Positions 32,012 through 34,258 of a DNA stretch of 34,258 bases are shown piece after piece; the stretch's first letter is position 1; the number at the start of each line of letters is the position of its first letter. The stretch comes from Thermodesulfovibrionia bacterium (GTDB taxonomy: Bacteria > Nitrospirota > Thermodesulfovibrionia > JACRGW01), in NCBI GenBank assembly GCA_919902655.1, contig CAKKRL010000057.1, forward strand, positions 7,356-41,613. Direction: 5' to 3'. The position numbers and the translations under genes are program-made. The notes under the pieces were generated by a model. It was given only the letters and a program-made list of their open reading frames with translations. It was not told the DNA's origin and did no database searches.

Positions 32012-32069
32012 ATCACTTGACTTGAAACGTGATACTATATAAACTTAACCAAATTGTGTCAAGGGATTT

Positions 32070-33476
32070 ATGCGGGTTCTCCTTATATCAGCGAATAACG
32101 AAAAGAAACCTTACCCTGTTGCACCCCTCGGCCTTGCCTATCTGTCAGGGGCACTGATCAAAGAAGGTCACGATGTAAGGATACTCGACCTCTGTTTTGT
32201 TGAGAATGTTGAAATTTTTCTAAATACTTCTATAGGAGAGTTTTCACCTGAATTGATAGGTGTCTCTATAAGGAATGTGGATAACCTTACATATCCTCTG
32301 AGTATTTCCTATCTACCCTTTATAAAATCTGTTACCGATCATATTAAAGCTATCACGGATGCCCCTATTGTCCTCGGTGGTTCAGGGTTTTCTATATTCC
32401 CCAATTCAATGCTTGACTACCTCGGACTGGACTTAGGCGTAATAGGAGAAGGAGAAAAAGCTATAAAAGGGCTGGCAGGAGGAGAAGGCATTGAAGTCAT
32501 ACCGAATCTTGTATTCAGGGAGGGTAACGGTTTCAGCAGGAATATGATAGAACCAATCGAAGATTTCGGAAGACCATTCAGGGGGGGTATTGACAATGAG
32601 GGCTATCTGAAATGGGGAGGGATGGGAAACATCCAGACAAAGAGGGGATGCCCATTCAACTGTATATACTGCACATATCCGTTAATAGACGGAAGGAAGG
32701 TGAGGCTCAGGGAACCTGATGATATAGGTGAAGAGATCGGGCGTATGCACAGGGAATACGGGATAGACCATATCTTTTTTGTCGATGATATCTTTAACTA
32801 CCCTGTAGAACATGCAGAGACCATCTGCAGGGAGATGATAAGGAGGAAAATCAATGTCCGGTGGACCGCCTTCTGTAACCCTGCCTTTATGTCTCCTTCG
32901 TTATTTACTTTGATGAAGGAAGCAGGCTGTCAGGGGATAGAGTTCGGAACAGACTCTCTCTCTGAGCATGTATTAAAGAACCTCGGAAAATCCTTCAGCC
33001 CTGAAGATGTGGTAAATGCCTGTGAGTCATCCGGAAAGGCCGGTCTCGGAGCAGCCCATTATATAATCTTTGGAGGGCCGGGTGAAACTCCGGAAACCAT
33101 GAAGGAGACCTTTGAGAAATTGGACAGACTCGACCCAACTGCCGTGATCGCTATGATAGGGATTCGGGTATATCCTGGGACAACTATAGAGGCGATGGGA
33201 AGAGGTGATGGTCTCTTAAAAAGGGGTGCTGTAATAGACGATGGGAAGGTCAATGACCTCGATCCTTTCTTCTACCTATCTTCAGTCGAAGACCCGACCC
33301 ATAGGGAAGAAGATACCCTGATAGAGATGGTCAGAGAACACGCCATCAGCAGACCCAACTGGGTTGTACCCGGTCTCAACATTAGAAGTGGAGGAGAGGA
33401 TTTTATTAAGCTCAGAAAGATAGGTAAGAGGGGTCCGCTGTGGGACCTCCTTAAAGGTAATGCTCAGAGATTTTAA
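32070..33476 (+). CDS. B12-binding-domain radical SAM enzyme (divergent from 30719-32011)
   Basis: MRVLLISANNEKKPYPVAPLGLAYLSGALIKEGHDVRILD. Radical SAM motif TKRGCPFNCIYC. 468 aa. Confidence 0.85.
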   Translation: MRVLLISANNEKKPYPVAPLGLAYLSGALIKEGHDVRILDLCFVENVEIFLNTSIGEFSPELIGVSIRNVDNLTYPLSISYLPFIKSVTDHIKAITDAPIVLGGSGFSIFPNSMLDYLGLDLGVIGEGEKAIKGLAGGEGIEVIPNLVFREGNGFSRNMIEPIEDFGRPFRGGIDNEGYLKWGGMGNIQTKRGCPFNCIYCTYPLIDGRKVRLREPDDIGEEIGRMHREYGIDHIFFVDDIFNYPVEHAETICREMIRRKINVRWTAFCNPAFMSPSLFTLMKEAGCQGIEFGTDSLSEHVLKNLGKSFSPEDVVNACESSGKAGLGAAHYIIFGGPGETPETMKETFEKLDRLDPTAVIAMIGIRVYPGTTIEAMGRGDGLLKRGAVIDDGKVNDLDPFFYLSSVEDPTHREEDTLIEMVREHAISRPNWVVPGLNIRSGGEDFIKLRKIGKRGPLWDLLKGNAQRF

Positions 33477-33894
33477 ACCTGCTGTTGACAGGAAGGCATT
33501 GATATTTCTGGCAGGTATTGTCTGGAGTATTGCAGGCATTATTCTCTGCAGTTATGCCGTTAGCTGGCTCTCTTTAAGCGGGAAGGGATTATCTTTCGGT
33601 CTTGCAGGTCTGTTAATCTCTCTTATTGTCTATCATTTCGGCTTCTCCGATATCGTTAAAAAAAATATAGACCGTATCTCCCTGATGGGAGAGAAGGTAT
33701 GTATCTTTGCCTTCCAGCCATGGAAGAGTTACATTGTGGTAGTCTCAATGATGGGTATGGGTATCCTTCTCAGACAACTCCCAATCCCAAAGCATTATCT
33801 CTCTATAATCTATATAGGGATGGGCCTTGCCATGATATTCTCAAGCATTCAATACTATAGAGTCTTCTTAAAGGTGTCTGTAGAAGGTGGATGA
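33460..33894 (+). CDS. Small polytopic membrane protein, translationally coupled to the radical SAM gene
   Basis: 144 aa with about four hydrophobic segments. 17-nt overlap with the upstream gene. I recognise no family. Confidence 0.5.
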   Translation: MLRDFKPAVDRKALIFLAGIVWSIAGIILCSYAVSWLSLSGKGLSFGLAGLLISLIVYHFGFSDIVKKNIDRISLMGEKVCIFAFQPWKSYIVVVSMMGMGILLRQLPIPKHYLSIIYIGMGLAMIFSSIQYYRVFLKVSVEGG

Positions 33895-33938
33895 AAGTTT
33901 TCAAGAATACTAACTTTGTTTTAGAACATATAAAACCC

Positions 33939-33968
33939 TTTACAACTACCTATCTCAGATTCTATAAT
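33939..33968 (+). promoter_or_regulatory. Possible promoter for tRNA-Glu
   Basis: TTACAA (33939-33944), an 18-nt spacer, then TATAAT (33963-33968), about 60 nt upstream of the tRNA. Confidence 0.3.
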
Positions 33969-33986
33969 TACTTTATCTATTTTCTT

Positions 33987-34020
33987 AACTCAAAACTCTT
34001 AACTCTCAAACTATTAACTA
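33987..34020. repeat. Heptamer-like tandem array with an AACTC core (5 units)
   Basis: aactcaa aactctt aactctca aactatt aacta. It ends 8 nt before the tRNA and shares the AACTC core with the array at 20486. Confidence 0.7.
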
Positions 34021-34028
34021 TTTTTCAT

Positions 34029-34104
34029 GGTCCCATCGTCTAGAGGCCTAGGACGGTGCCCTCTCAAGGCATAAACACGGGTTCGAATCCCGTTGGGACC
34101 ACCA
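34029..34104 (+). tRNA. tRNA-Glu: tRNA-Glu, anticodon CUC, CCA encoded
   Basis: Hand-folded cloverleaf. Acceptor stem GGTCCCA/TGGGACC. D arm GTCT..GGAC. Anticodon stem GTGCC/GGCAT with loop CTCTCAA (anticodon CTC). T arm ACGGG-TTCGAAT-CCCGT. 3' ACCA. The 5' half closely resembles the E. coli tRNA-Glu sequence as I remember it. Confidence 0.9.
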
Positions 34105-34258
34105 AAGACGATTTGTCGCCTCGCTCGGGGCTTCGCCCCTCGCTTCGGCGGGCATTTCGGCAAGATAATTCCAAGGATTTTTGAAATCAATCGCCAATTT
34201 TCTCGCCGAAAGTCGGCGGTTCGAGCCGATGGAAACAAGAAAATCTCTCATCCGTGAG

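Noticed and set aside
34213-34229. T-arm-like hairpin TCGGC-GGTTCGA-GCCGA, suggesting a second tRNA or tRNA fragment
   Set aside because: No matching acceptor, D or anticodon arms can be folded from the upstream 70 nt, and the loop register differs from the canonical T-loop.
34014-34251. Two minus-strand ORFs of 74 and 67 aa at the right edge
   Set aside because: They run antisense through the tRNA-Glu gene and its GC-rich flank. The Arg/Pro-rich translation is typical of a non-coding GC-rich frame.

Overview
About 34 kb of a moderately AT-rich bacterial chromosome. The gene content looks anaerobe-like, but I cannot assign a taxon from sequence alone. From left to right:

- **1-950:** a visibly GC-richer left edge with two minus-strand genes, one for a membrane protein and one for a secreted protein.
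- **1106-5016:** a NikR-controlled nickel/cobalt ECF uptake operon, nikR-cbiM/nikM-PDGLE-cbiQ-cbiO, followed by an ArfB-like GGQ protein.
- **5069-5679:** an RHH-antitoxin/MazF toxin pair.
- **10626 down to 5828:** a minus-strand housekeeping operon with a YhaM-like OB/HD nuclease, pgsA, an AI-2E transporter, a PDZ-radical SAM-DUF512 protein and aroE.
- **10741-14142:** a quinone oxidoreductase and a large Omp85-type outer-membrane protein.
- **14167-19264:** the first of two accessory lipid-type gene sets. It is a five-gene plus-strand operon encoding a three-part 2-hydroxyacyl-CoA-dehydratase / benzoyl-CoA-reductase-family enzyme, a LolA-like carrier and a B12-binding radical SAM enzyme.
- **19553-20453:** an AbiEii-type nucleotidyltransferase toxin module that separates the two lipid-type sets.
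- **20625-33894:** the second set. It holds two ketosynthase/chain-length-factor-like pairs (one pair fused), a PaaK-like adenylating enzyme, a radical SAM/SPASM enzyme, a CrtI-like desaturase, a SAM methyltransferase, two more B12-radical SAM enzymes and a small membrane protein. No ACP, KR, DH or TE lies in the window.
- **34029-34104:** tRNA-Glu(CUC), followed by another composition shift.

Two kinds of small repeat are superimposed on these genes. The first is a set of roughly 45-nt C-run/G-run palindromes that sit in-frame inside coding regions, including the exact junction of the fused ketosynthase. The second is at least seven heptamer or octamer tandem arrays, five of them inside ORFs. 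All functional calls come from motifs I recognised in the supplied translations. No database search was possible.
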